From Histomonas meleagridis 2922-C6/04-290x (lineage: Eukaryota > Protista > Parabasalia): a DNA stretch of 64,000 nucleotides. The position numbers and the translations under genes are program-made. A model generated the notes under the pieces. The model saw only the letters and a program-made list of their open reading frames with translations, was not told where the DNA came from and ran no database searches. Shown here in pieces: positions 7,985 through 20,500 of the stretch (positions are counted from its first letter, which is position 1; each line of letters starts with the position of its first letter). Location of the stretch: positions 310,001-374,000 of the forward strand of contig JAANOX010000083.1 of the NCBI GenBank assembly GCA_020184695.1, in the 5' to 3' direction.

Positions 7985-10090
7985 ATGTGCGGGATCTTTG
8001 CATACATCAACTATATGACCGACAAAACAGTTAAAGAAATCATTGAAAGGATTCTTAATGGATTACGCAAACTTGAATATCGTGGATATGATTCTTGTGG
8101 AATTTGTTTTGAAACAAAAGAAGGTGATGAAATCAAAACAAATGTAGCAAAAACAACTGGTGCCATATCAAACCTCGAGAAAGTCGTCTCCAAATATTTA
8201 GAAGACGAAACTGTTTTTTCTGATCATATTGTTATTGGTCATACAAGATGGGCCACACATGGACCACCAAGTGTTAGAAATGCACACCCACATTTTTCAT
8301 CCACAAACTTAGAATTTGTTGTTGTCCATAACGGCATAATTTTCAATTATGCCGAGTTAAAAAATCGTTTACTTCAAGAACCAATTTTTCATATCAACAA
8401 TGAACTTGAAATCCCTGAAATTTTCCGACAGACCGAAAATGCTAATTCTGATTTCTATTCAGATACAGATTCCGAAGTATTACCAAAACTAGCGCTCTTT
8501 GTATACAATCAGCTTTATAAGCAGACTGGCCAAAAGCCATCTTTTCTTACAGTCATTACGAATACAATGAAATTAGTTGATGGTACATATGGATGTGTAT
8601 GGAAATCATCATTTTATCCAAATGAAGCAGTTGCGTGTCGACTTTCATCACCACTTTTATTAGGACTTAAATATCCTGAAGAGCCACAAATGACACATTC
8701 TGCACGATCTGTTGAATTCAATGATGATGACTCATTTATACATATATCAGATGCTATAGATGAAGAGAATACACATTTCCAAAGGAAACCATGTGAATTG
8801 TTTTTAGCATCAGATGCACCAGCATTTGCTGATATCACTAAAAAAACTATAATTTTAGAAGATTGGGATATAGTTCATATTACACCATATGGAATTGATA
8901 TTGTTAATATAGCACCAAAAACAGCGAAATTTTCACCTTCAAGAATCGTCGAAAATTTAAACGTATCAATTCAAGATATTGCACTTGGTCAATATCCACA
9001 TTTTATGTTAAAGGAAATTATGGAACAACCAAATACAATTCAATCATCAATTAGAGGTCGACTTATTGAAGGTTCATTAAATGTCCAACTTGGAGGTATT
9101 ATACCTAATTTAGATATAATTAAACAAGCTAAAAATATTATATTTATAGCTTGTGGTACATCATTTAATGCAGCATTAGCAGTTAGACCTTTATTCGAAC
9201 AATATACAAAACAAAGAATACTTGTCGAAGTGGCAAGTGATTTCAATGATAGAAAGCCTATCATTTTTAGAGATGATATATGTATATTTATATCACAAAG
9301 TGGTGAAACAGCTGATACACTTGTATCTTTAGAACATTGTTTAAAGGCAGGAGCATTTTGTATAGGTATTAACAATACTCCAGGTTCAAGTATTTCTAGA
9401 CAAACTCATTGTGGTATCCATCTTAATTGTGGTATAGAAATTGGTGTAGCTTCTACTAAAGCTTATACCAGTAGTGTAGTATGTCTTTTACTTTTACTTT
9501 TATTAATGATTCAGGATTCTATTAAATATAAAGAAATTCATGATAAAATGATTAAGGATATATTATTATTACCTGGATATGTATCACAGGCTTTACTTTT
9601 AAAAAAACAAATCGAAGATTTATCTTCAATTGTTTCACAACAAAAATCTTTGATAATTTTAGGCAGAAAAACTCAATATGCTACTGCTAGAGAAACTGCT
9701 CTAAAAATTAAAGAACTTTCTTATATTCATTCTGAAGGTTTAATGGCAGGTGAATTAAAACATGGTCCACTAGCACTTATTGATGAAAAAGCTTTTGTAA
9801 TATTTATAGCGACAGAAGATGATGATGATAAAGTTTTTAGTGCTTGTGTTTCAAGCTTACAACAAATTAGAGCTAGAGGAGCAAAGATTTTAGTTGTTGC
9901 TAATAAAGAACAAAGTAATTTATTTGGTGAACTTGCTGATTATTTAGTACTTGTACCTAAAGCTTCTCAATGGGTTCAGATGATAATTAATATTGTACCA
10001 ATGCAATTGCTTTCTTATTTCGTGGCTTGTAAGAGAGGACTTAATGTAGATAGGCCAAGAAATTTAGCGAAGTCAGTCACAGTGGTATAA
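7985..10090 (+). CDS. GFA1: Glutamine--fructose-6-phosphate aminotransferase (isomerizing), GFAT
   Basis: MCGIFAY (N-terminal nucleophile Cys), LEYRGYDSCG, GHTRWATHG, HNGII, SQSGETADT, VASTKAYT, ELKHGPLAL, DRPRNLAKSVTV; 701 aa, eukaryote-type length. Confidence 0.97.
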   Translation: MCGIFAYINYMTDKTVKEIIERILNGLRKLEYRGYDSCGICFETKEGDEIKTNVAKTTGAISNLEKVVSKYLEDETVFSDHIVIGHTRWATHGPPSVRNAHPHFSSTNLEFVVVHNGIIFNYAELKNRLLQEPIFHINNELEIPEIFRQTENANSDFYSDTDSEVLPKLALFVYNQLYKQTGQKPSFLTVITNTMKLVDGTYGCVWKSSFYPNEAVACRLSSPLLLGLKYPEEPQMTHSARSVEFNDDDSFIHISDAIDEENTHFQRKPCELFLASDAPAFADITKKTIILEDWDIVHITPYGIDIVNIAPKTAKFSPSRIVENLNVSIQDIALGQYPHFMLKEIMEQPNTIQSSIRGRLIEGSLNVQLGGIIPNLDIIKQAKNIIFIACGTSFNAALAVRPLFEQYTKQRILVEVASDFNDRKPIIFRDDICIFISQSGETADTLVSLEHCLKAGAFCIGINNTPGSSISRQTHCGIHLNCGIEIGVASTKAYTSSVVCLLLLLLLMIQDSIKYKEIHDKMIKDILLLPGYVSQALLLKKQIEDLSSIVSQQKSLIILGRKTQYATARETALKIKELSYIHSEGLMAGELKHGPLALIDEKAFVIFIATEDDDDKVFSACVSSLQQIRARGAKILVVANKEQSNLFGELADYLVLVPKASQWVQMIINIVPMQLLSYFVACKRGLNVDRPRNLAKSVTVV

Positions 10091-10211
10091 AATAAAAATG
10101 ATTCTTTACATCAAATTTTGATGCATCGGTTTTTTTCAATTTCTTATCGTTAATTATCGAATGTCACTTTTAGTAAAAAACAACATTTGAGAACACGATA
10201 AAACTGGGCAG

Positions 10212-13200
10212 ATGCCGAACATAGATGAGTTTATTTCTAGATTACAAAAAGTAGTAACGCCTGATATGGCACCTGCTGATGTTATAAAAATATTAAAAGA
10301 ATTTAATAAGATTATAAAACCAGGTATTTTTTCACAATATGATAAAGATTCAATTACAACACCTTTAAGTTTAATTTGGAAAACATTAATCTATGGAGTA
10401 CAACAACAACCATCTAATGTTCGCACATACATTTGTTCCTCTTTAACAACTTTTTTAACAAGGATTACACCATACTTTCCAAATGAAATGTTAAACTCAT
10501 TTAGCTCTTCAATAAAACTTCTGGAATACAATGCTATTTCGTCGCCAATTATTGTTTGTTCATTTGCATATTTATCAAATTTTATATCATCCCCATTTAT
10601 TTTAACATATATTCAATCAATCCCTTTGTTAAAACATTTTTCTTTTGAAAACGATTTAAATGAGTCAATAGTTTTAGCAATTCAGCAATTTAAAAGCTTC
10701 CCAATAATTTTTATGGAAAATCTTTTATTATTTATCCTTAAACAAACACAAAAAACATTACCACGTCATGCTACTCATGCTGTTTCTTATATTGTTTCTT
10801 TAAATCCCACGAAATTTGTACCGACATTAATTGATTTTTACAACGACGATTTAAAACATCATTTAAGTTTATTTGCATTTATTTTTTCTACACATCCAAT
10901 AAATGTTCAACTGATTGATATTTCACGATTAGTTGAATCCTCATTTGATATATTAAATTCCGAAAAGCCTACATTTCAAGAAATTGATAATTCATTAACG
11001 ATTTTAAGTTTATTTAATGAAGTTAAAGTTGAAATTAATGAAGAAATTGTAACAATTAAATATAAAACGTATGAAAGTAAAATCGAAATTAAGAAATTAT
11101 TACCACATTCATCATTTTATTCATTATATCTTCCAATTGAATATTATAAGACAACAAAAAATGATTCAGTTTTTGTAGGAACAATGAAATTTAAGACGTT
11201 ATCTAAACTTATTAAATTACATCAAAATGAAAAAGAAATATATGAAATTTTTAAAGAAACACTTCAACAAGATTTTAATGATTTAGTTTCGAATTGTTTA
11301 CAAAGTTTATCTGATTGTATTAATGAGATAAACATTGATAAAGTATTATTACATGATATATTATTCTCACCAAAGCATTCATGGTTTCATTCATCTACGA
11401 TAATGAAAATAATACAAAACATTGACATAAATAAAATAGAACAAAGTTATTCATTACAAATTATAAATCTTTTAATTGATTTTAGTTATAATAAAAATCA
11501 ATCATTATCATCAGGGACATCGAAAGTTATATTAAAATTCACATTAAAATCGAATTATAAAGAAGTTCTTAATATACTTATCAAACGATTTGACTTTTTT
11601 AATGAATCATCATATGAAAAATTACTTGAAATTATCGGAAATATTTTAAAGAAATTTAATTGTGTTAATGAATATATTTGGTTTATAGATTTAGTTCTAG
11701 AATCATTAATATATTTCATTGATGACTTAAAATTAATTATTTATATATTTAATTTCTTAAATTTAATTAAAGTTAATAAATCATTAGAAAACGTTCGATC
11801 AATAGCTTATTATATATTAAGTGAATTTTATAAAACTATAACAGGTTATGGGTTTTATGTTGCATATTATGATCAATATAATTTACAAAACACAATTAAT
11901 AATTATTTCGAAAATAATCATTTAGATATTATAACTAATCCTGACATAAATATTACGAATATTTTTGAGCCTATGAAATCAGTATTAAAATTTCTTTATA
12001 TATATGAACCTAATTTTCAAGCAAAATTTAAAATCAGTGAAATAACATTTAATTTATTTCCTTATGAATCGTCCAAATTTTTAATGAAGAATTGGGAAAG
12101 ATATGATAATAAAGATAAATATGAAAATAACTTACAAGATATATTAAAGAATTTAAATAATATTAAGTTACATTCTTTATGGTGTAAAATATTTTTAAAT
12201 AATGAAATTAATTTTGATAAGCAAAAGAACTCAATTGCTTATTTAAATGTATATATTAGTTTTATGATCACACAATCTATAATTACTGATATGAAATCAA
12301 TGTCATCATTTGCAGTTTTTATGCCATTTACTTATGATAAAGGGAAAATTGTGTTTTTAAATTATTTAAATGAATTAACAAATGATCAAAAAGTTATAAT
12401 TGTTAATAATATTAAAAATATTAAACATAATGATATTATTATTAATGATATAAACATAGAAAATAATGAAGAAAAAGTTATCGAATTTAAACAAAATAAA
12501 AAATTAAAACTTAAAGGTGATAATGTGTTAAAATTACTTATTAAATCAATTCGAAATAATTCTAAAAACGAATTTATTAATGTATTAAATTATGCAAAAG
12601 AAAATTCATTACAAATTCCAAATTATATTAAATATATTATAAATCCTTTTGATGAAATTCTTTCAAATTGGTTATCGGAAAATCAATCCGAATGTTATAC
12701 TATTGAAGAAGCCATTAATTATATTAACACGCCTTATAATTCAGCTGCAATTTCATCACTAAAGAATAAAACTGATGAATTAATTGAATTCTTATCAAGT
12801 AAAGAAAAAATTACTAAAAAAGATAAAATTAATTTCTGTTCATTAATTTCATATTTCAAATTTAATAAAAAGAAATTATTTGAATTCGCTGAAAAAGTTC
12901 TTCTTAATTCAGATGTTACTAAAAAACTTCGATTTGCTTTACGAATTTATTCATCTACAATAAAATATACAAATGAATATAATGAAAAAAAGTTTGACAT
13001 AATTTATAAGTATCTATTCGAAAGACGTCTTAAATTACCTTATTTCGAATTAACAACTTTCTTCATTGTAGCTTCTTCTGTATGGAAACCTTCAAAAGAA
13101 TTTTTCGAATTTATATTTTATGCTGAAAAACGCTGCTCCAAGAATTCAATACTTTACGGCAAAGTGAACTTCATTCAACTTAAATATAATTATAAAAGTG

Positions 13201-14012
13201 AAATTATCGAACCGATAAATTCGATACCAACATATTTAAATTCTGGTATTCCATCTTTATTTAATAATGGGGTCAAACGTTTGAATCAATATTATTCAAC
13301 TACTAATAGTAATATTGTTGAAATTCTTCAAAGTTTTTTAGATCAACTTCCTAAATATTGGTATAATCCAAACATAGCGAAACAATCGATGAAATTTATA
13401 ATATTTTTATTAAACACAAGTTCAGTATATAATTATATCATATTTAATTCATTAACATTTACACTTAAAGAAGATATTTCTTCTGTTAATTATTCAGCAT
13501 CTATTTCATGGTGTTCATTTGCTATAAAACAAAAGTCTGAAATTGTAAAATATAAAAAATTCGAAATGAAACATTTGACAGTTGAAACATTTGAAATTAT
13601 CATAGATTGTTTAATCGAAAAGTTAAAAATTTCGGATAAATCCAAACAAAGTTCAATGCTTATGGACTCCATTTTAGAGTTTTTGATAAATTTAAAGGAA
13701 AATGATTCATATTATACATGGAAATACTTAAAGAAGTTAATGGAAATCGTGGACGTGATGCAGCCATCGTTAATATTACCTGTCTTTATGCAGTTGTTTA
13801 AGTTCGTTCCAAGGTTTTGGCACGTGTTCGTGTCAATAGCATTGTACGTGAAGATGCATGGAGTGTCACAAAGCACAAAAGAAATTTTGGAATATTCGGA
13901 ATTACTCGCAAAAAGCGAAAAACATATAAACGCTTTAAAAGCATTGGAAAATGGATTGGGAGATGCGAAAGAAGCATTTAAATTGGCACTTGTTGATGAG
14001 GAAGATAAGTAA
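10212..14012 (+). CDS. Large hypothetical protein, probably helical-repeat (HEAT/ARM-like)
   Basis: Uninterrupted 1266-aa ORF, Leu/Ile/Phe-rich helical pattern; N-terminal 'PSNVRTYICSSLTTFL' is HEAT-like. No family recognised. Confidence 0.75.
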   Translation: MPNIDEFISRLQKVVTPDMAPADVIKILKEFNKIIKPGIFSQYDKDSITTPLSLIWKTLIYGVQQQPSNVRTYICSSLTTFLTRITPYFPNEMLNSFSSSIKLLEYNAISSPIIVCSFAYLSNFISSPFILTYIQSIPLLKHFSFENDLNESIVLAIQQFKSFPIIFMENLLLFILKQTQKTLPRHATHAVSYIVSLNPTKFVPTLIDFYNDDLKHHLSLFAFIFSTHPINVQLIDISRLVESSFDILNSEKPTFQEIDNSLTILSLFNEVKVEINEEIVTIKYKTYESKIEIKKLLPHSSFYSLYLPIEYYKTTKNDSVFVGTMKFKTLSKLIKLHQNEKEIYEIFKETLQQDFNDLVSNCLQSLSDCINEINIDKVLLHDILFSPKHSWFHSSTIMKIIQNIDINKIEQSYSLQIINLLIDFSYNKNQSLSSGTSKVILKFTLKSNYKEVLNILIKRFDFFNESSYEKLLEIIGNILKKFNCVNEYIWFIDLVLESLIYFIDDLKLIIYIFNFLNLIKVNKSLENVRSIAYYILSEFYKTITGYGFYVAYYDQYNLQNTINNYFENNHLDIITNPDINITNIFEPMKSVLKFLYIYEPNFQAKFKISEITFNLFPYESSKFLMKNWERYDNKDKYENNLQDILKNLNNIKLHSLWCKIFLNNEINFDKQKNSIAYLNVYISFMITQSIITDMKSMSSFAVFMPFTYDKGKIVFLNYLNELTNDQKVIIVNNIKNIKHNDIIINDINIENNEEKVIEFKQNKKLKLKGDNVLKLLIKSIRNNSKNEFINVLNYAKENSLQIPNYIKYIINPFDEILSNWLSENQSECYTIEEAINYINTPYNSAAISSLKNKTDELIEFLSSKEKITKKDKINFCSLISYFKFNKKKLFEFAEKVLLNSDVTKKLRFALRIYSSTIKYTNEYNEKKFDIIYKYLFERRLKLPYFELTTFFIVASSVWKPSKEFFEFIFYAEKRCSKNSILYGKVNFIQLKYNYKSEIIEPINSIPTYLNSGIPSLFNNGVKRLNQYYSTTNSNIVEILQSFLDQLPKYWYNPNIAKQSMKFIIFLLNTSSVYNYIIFNSLTFTLKEDISSVNYSASISWCSFAIKQKSEIVKYKKFEMKHLTVETFEIIIDCLIEKLKISDKSKQSSMLMDSILEFLINLKENDSYYTWKYLKKLMEIVDVMQPSLILPVFMQLFKFVPRFWHVFVSIALYVKMHGVSQSTKEILEYSELLAKSEKHINALKALENGLGDAKEAFKLALVDEEDK

Positions 14013-14399
14013 TGTATAAATAAATAAAATCTTATGTACATTTATATGGTTTTTTTGATGATGATGAAATATATTCATATGAATTTTGGATTTAGTAATA
14101 TGAATTCGAATAAATGTAATAATCAAAAGTGTATTAAATTGAGAAAATAAATTTAGTTCGTTAACGTTACGATTTACATTACTGTAGTATTCGTTTTTCC
14201 ACTGATCATAAAAAATGAGAAAACTCTGGTATTATATGAAGTAAAAAGGGACATAAAGAATTTAAATTTAAATATTCTTTGATAATAAGCTTGATAGATA
14301 GTATGTGTAAATACGCTTTATGCAACAATTTTCAATAAAAATATGGAATTAGAATTTTTTATAAGCAGGAATTGCAATAAAAAACTTTGTGAATACATG

Positions 14400-14950
14400 G
14401 AGTATCCAATTTCATTGTCAGTAAAAATGATGAATTTTAACATCACAAGATTTTTTTCTGCTCTACTCATACGCTCTTTCCATTTATGATGTCATTTCCT
14501 TAGTTTTCACAGTGTCGAACAATACGAATTTTTCCAAATCTCACTTTCAAAGCATAAACAACCTCTACAAGTTCACAATGAACCACCTGAAGAAAGCCAA
14601 GTACCACCTTGCATTATTGTCCAATTTGCAAAAATTTAACATCTAATAATAATGCTGAAGCAATAGTTTTACATCTTGTTAAAGCCCACTTTAAACAAAC
14701 CAACCATGTTGTCAATTCATCTCCAACACATTCACAAAGTAAATTTATCTGTTTTCATTGTAATTATATCTTAAATCGTATTAACGAATTTATTCTCCAC
14801 TTCTATCCTGAGCATCCACAGAATCTTCGATCAAAGCTGTGTTTGTATGCACGCCCGAGCGGGCATTTCAAGAGGAGACAAAACAACCTGAAAAAGCTCC
14901 TGCTATTGATGAAGATCAGCAAAGTGAAGAAGACAAAAAGTATACTAATT
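14400..14950 (+). pseudogene. Frameshifted C2H2 zinc-finger gene remnant
   Basis: YCPICKNL...LHLVKAH and FICFHCNY...LHFYPEH (two C2H2-like fingers). Flanking coding-like pieces lie in other frames (HNEPPEESQVPP; FVCTPERAFQEETKQPEK). Boundaries approximate. Confidence 0.5.
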
Positions 14951-15419
14951 TGATTGTTTCAATTCGAACACGCTGGATAAAGAATAATGATTTCCTTGTG
15001 AAAGTTCAATATGAAAATCTAATTTGTATCATTAGAAGGAAATACATTAAACATACCATTTTTTTTATATTATGTATGGTGGTTTATTATAAAAAGATAA
15101 AGAATATCAAAATGATAAAGAAATTATAGCCTTTATATAATTAACTTTTAAAGGCTTTAATGTTGAAACTAAATTTTTATATATTTTAAAATATTAACTC
15201 AACTTACATATTATTGCAAACGATATTTGACCATAATTAGAAATAGTTTATATTGAAAATATCTAATTTTACAAAGATAACATAAGAAAATAAAATTTCT
15301 AATTTTTTGGATGTGTGAATTAATTATTACAATCTAAATTTACATAAACCATATAGTTTTCTAAATAATTAAAAATTCATATTAATTATTACATTCTATG
15401 ATAAAATACAAAACATTTA

Positions 15420-16319
15420 TTACACAGTTTCCTCTTGCATTTGAGCCGATATTTCATCAAGTTTAGGAATAGTTCCAAAGTGTTTCAAGTGTGCTAACAC
15501 GAAGTGCGTAAGATCTTCATGGTTTTCTATATGAGGCCAATCACCTCCTTCCTTCATTATTCCAACCTTTACTCCCTTCATTGCATTTGATGGTAATGTG
15601 TCATCTGGTGTATTTATCATTCGATCCATTGTTTCAATTGTGAGAATTGCATTTGGTGGAACGCATGGCTCAATTTGCATTGGCGGAGAAGATCGTTGCT
15701 TGATTTTAGCAGCAATGTCTTCAGGTGCTGCAGCTTCAATCTCCTTTAAAATGAAACGCGAAGTAGGGCTTTTACTTTGAAAGATATTGACAGCTTTGAG
15801 TTCATCTTTGATCAGCTGTTTAGCTCTAAGTTTTCCAAAAACTTTGAAACTATTTGATGGTTGTTTAAAGTGGTCCAATGAAACATATGAATTAATAAGA
15901 GTTATTGATAATATTTTTACTTCTTTTGTAATATTTGGAAAAGAAGATATCTGTAAACATTGATAACCTCCATAATCAGAACCAATAAGATGACATTTTT
16001 TTACATTGAGTCTGGCGCAAAATTGAATAAAACCTTTGGCCATTCTTTTGAATGTAGAATAATCTGATAATTCAAGTGAAAAGGATCGATACCCGAATTG
16101 TTCTAATTGATTTAAAAAATACATTGAAGATGAACAGGTCTCATATATCCCTGGTAGAAATATTATGGCTTCTTGAGAATTTGGCCCAAATTCTCGAAAA
16201 TGCAATTGATTCCCATGAACCAAATCAAATATTGATTGGATTGGATGTGATATAGATATTTGAATTATTAGTGGATCTGAATAATGCAAAGATGGCTGTG
16301 GAATGTTGTTATTTCTCAT
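15420..16319 (-). CDS. Maspardin (SPG21)-like alpha/beta-hydrolase-fold protein
   Basis: IIFLPG...GYRSFSL...HLIGSDYGGY...TLINSY...GIMKEGGDWPHI...HLKHF parallels the maspardin layout (LIFLPP..GYRVIAL..HLFGASLGG..LCNSF..GGNFPYL..HL..F). Confidence 0.7.
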   Translation of the reverse strand: MRNNNIPQPSLHYSDPLIIQISISHPIQSIFDLVHGNQLHFREFGPNSQEAIIFLPGIYETCSSSMYFLNQLEQFGYRSFSLELSDYSTFKRMAKGFIQFCARLNVKKCHLIGSDYGGYQCLQISSFPNITKEVKILSITLINSYVSLDHFKQPSNSFKVFGKLRAKQLIKDELKAVNIFQSKSPTSRFILKEIEAAAPEDIAAKIKQRSSPPMQIEPCVPPNAILTIETMDRMINTPDDTLPSNAMKGVKVGIMKEGGDWPHIENHEDLTHFVLAHLKHFGTIPKLDEISAQMQEETV

Positions 16320-17567
16320 TTATTTTTGCTTCACAATTCGTTTAAAAATAACTTTCGCTAAACAAAAAATTACATACATTCAGAAAATTTTGAATAAATA
16401 ATTGGATTTCCAAAAAAAGAGATCATAAAATGAAGATAATCCTTAGATTTAATTAACTTGATTTGAAAAAAAATTCAATTTTATGGTATGACTTAAAATA
16501 ATTTAACTTAAAGATGTCTTTTTTTTTATCTGATTGTTGAATTTGATATATTATAATCAAATTCATTTGAAACATACAAACAGATTCCATGTTTTTATTT
16601 ACGGGAACATTTTATTTTTGCATTATTATAATAAATTAATCCAGATTTTTCAAATAAAACAATAATATGTTTATTTCTTTATTTTCTATTGATGTAATAT
16701 ATATTTGAATATTATTAACAAAATCAATATCAAAAATAGTGTCTTTTGAATTTATATTGTAATTAATTGTATATCTTCTTTAAAATCTCAATTGCAAACA
16801 ATCTTCTATAATGTAGTATTGGTCTAATACTATAAATTTAGGTTTTTTTATTCAACATATTTTGAAACTCGTATAACATTATTTTCGTTTATTTTATTCT
16901 AACAGATTTTTATGATTGCAGCAACATTTATCAATTATTACGTTTTTAATGATATCATAATTATATTTTTATTGCACTATTTATCAACAAACTATCCTCG
17001 GAACGTTATGACCTTCAACACCCATTTGAAAATTAGTCAAAAGTGCGATGAAACTTGTACTTTTTTAGTATAATGAATTTTGATCACAGAAATTTTCTTA
17101 AATCTCCTAACTATCAATTTGTAAGTTATTGTCCCAATTTTTTTTACATCGTAATATTTTTATGTTTGTGTGGACTGTGACCACTTGTCATAACCGCTGG
17201 TTTTAATTCAAATTTCTAATCATCTTGTCACCAAAACAAAAAGGATTTAAATTGGGAAAACTGTTGCTTCTAAAAGAAAAACAACAAAACCAGCCGATAA
17301 ATAGCAATGAAGGTAGGCTATCTAAATAAAAATTTCACATTTTAAAAAAATTAATTAATTTAGAATTTCGATTATCATTTTCGATGATGCTTTTGTTGAA
17401 AGTAAGCTTATGCTGGGGCTTTTATTAATTGTGTTTAACTTTAAATTGTTCTAATCATACTGATTGTGTGTATACAGCAAAATTGGTTCAACCCTAACGC
17501 TTCACCTCTTGTTTTGCTTTTTGATACAAACCGAAAATATCAATGAATTTTTGAAAGCAAAATTAAA

Positions 17568-20500
17568 ATGACTGAAGGAGAGATTGATAATCTCAAAGAT
17601 CAGGGCCAGATAAACACACTCCAATTTCGAGTTGAGCAGTGCCAGAGCGGACTTGCTGAAATTGATAAGAAATTTACTGACCTAAATCACAATGTTAAGA
17701 ACGAAATCAACAAGATGAAAGAAATCATCGAAGGCAGTAACAAGAACCTTAAGAAAATCGTACAGAAACAAATCGATGATCAGCTTAGCGATATTTTTGA
17801 TCAAATTCAAGATCATACTGACCGAATTGAGAAACTTGAAGGTGGAGCTGGTGACTCCAAAGATGAGAAAATAGAAGTGAACATTGAGGTAGAAGAAATT
17901 AAGAAGAAGATCCAGATCCTTGAATTGAAAATTTCTGAAATGAGTGAGCAAACCTTAATTCAAATAAACCAAAGCAAGAATGAAACCCTCAAGCAGATCA
18001 CTCAAAACATTGAGGAAGCCAAAGAAAAGGATGACGAAAAGATCAAGAAGTTAGAAGCTGATATGGACGGAATCAAGGACGAAATTGAGAAATTAAAGGC
18101 CATGAAAGATGATTTTGAAAAATTAAAGGAAGAAGTACCAGATGTCAAAGAACGATCTGTTGATTTATCTGATTTTGAAAAACAAAATGATGAACTTAAA
18201 GAGCTTAAAGACAAGATCAATGATACAGCAAACATTTCAAATGATCTCAAGGAAAAGTTTGACAAATTTGGCAATATTGAACGCGATGTTCGTTGCTTAA
18301 AGTATGAAATGAAGAAGATGCTCAAAGATAAAGAATCCACACAGATTAGTGATGAGCTGAAAGACAACATAGATTCCATTAAAGTCGAATTAGATTCAGT
18401 TAAGAACTCTAAAGGTGAACAAGAGAAGGAATTTAATGAGCAATTAAACAAATATTCAAAGACACTTAAGTGCATTAAATATGAGTTGAAGAAACTTAAG
18501 AATGCACAACCTGTGAATCAAGAGCCAAATGAAGAAGAACCAGTTATTCAAGAACGTAATATTGAATTAAGTGATGATAAAGAACCAAAGAATGATTTTG
18601 AAGAAGAAATTAATTCATTGAAGGATAACTTCAAATTGCTTAGAGATGATCTTGATAAATTAAAGGCTGAGAAACCTGATGATAAAATTGATGAGTTAAA
18701 TGAACTCAAAGAAGATTCAAAGAATCAGAAGAAATCATTGAAATGCATCAAATATGAGTTGAAGAAACTCAAGATGCAACAACAACAACCAACAGAAACT
18801 AAACCAGAAGAAGTTAAACCAGCAGAAGAAGAACCAGTTGTTCAAACACGTGATGTTAACATCAGTGATTCATCATCCCTCATCATCTAAGAAGTCTAAG
18901 AAGGATAATAAAGATAACAATGAAGACTTACAACCAATTAAGGATGAATTACAACGCCTTGGTGACGAAATCAATAAATTGAAGGACAACAAACCAGAAG
19001 ACAAACACGATGATGATGATGAAGATAAAGAAGATCTCAAGAATATTAAGAAGTCATTGAAGTGCATCAAATATGAGTTGAAGAAACTCAAACAAATTGT
19101 ATCAGAAGCTGAAGAAGAACCAGAAGCAGAAGCAGAATCAGTTGAAGAACAACAACCCACAGAAGAACAACCAGAACAACCAGCAGAAGAACAGCCAGCA
19201 GAAGACAACAAGAGCAAAGGACCTAAGAAGGTACGTAAGATTATTATCAAGAGATCAAGGAACAACAATAACAATAAGAACGATGAAGACATTGACGAGC
19301 TTAAGGATGAAGTCAAGAACTTCAAGAAATCGATCAAATGTCTTAAATATGAAGTTAAGAAACTTAAGTTACAACAACAACAACAACCAGCAGAAACTAA
19401 ACCAGAAGAAGTTAAACCAGCAGAAGAAGAACCAGTTGTTCAAACACGTGATGTTAACATCAGTGATTCATCATCCTCATCATCTAAGAAGTCTAAGAAG
19501 GATAATAAAGATAACAATGAAGACTTACAACCAATTAAGGATGAATTACAACGCCTTGTGACGAAATCAATAAATTGAAAGGACAGCAAACCAGAAGACA
19601 AACACTGATGATGAAGATAAAGAAGATCTCAAGAATATTAAGAAGTCATTGAAGTGCATCAAATATGAGTTGAAGAAAACTCAAACAAATTGTATCTAGA
19701 AGCTGAAGAAGAACCAGAAGCAGAAGCAGAATCAGTTGAAGAACAACAACCCACAGAAGAACAGATCGAACAACCAGCAGAAGAACAGCGCGAAGACAAC
19801 AAGAGCAAAGGACCTAAGAAGGTACGCAAGATTATTATCAAGAGACCAAGGAACAACAATAACAATAAGAACGATGAAGACATTGACGAGCTTAAGGATG
19901 AAGTTAAGAACTTCAAGAAATCATTGAAGTGCATCAAATATGAGTTGAAGAAACTCAAGATGCAACAACAACAACCAACAGAAACTAAACCAGAAGAAGG
20001 AACAACAATAACAATAAGAACGATGAAGACATTGACGAACTTAAGGATGAAGTCAAGAACTTCAAGAAATCGATCAAATGTCTTAAATATGAAGTTAAGA
20101 AACTTAAGTTACAACAACAACAACAACCAACAGAAACTAAACCAGAAGAAGTTAAACCAGCAGAAGAAGAACCAGTTGTTCAAACACGTGATGTTAATCA
20201 TCAGTGATTCATCATCCTCATCATCTAAGAAGTCTAGAAGGATGATAAAGATAACAATGAAGACTTACAACCAATTAAGGATGAATTACAACGCCTTGGT
20301 GACGAAATCAATAAATTGAAGGACAACAAACCAGAAGACAAACATGATGATGATGAAGATAAAGAAGATCTCAAGAATATTAAGAAGTCATTGAAGTGCA
20401 TCAAATATGAGTTGAAGAAACTCAAACAAATTGTATCAGAAGCTGAAGAAGAACCAGAAGCAGAAGCAGAATCAGTTGAAGAACAACAACCCACAGAAGA

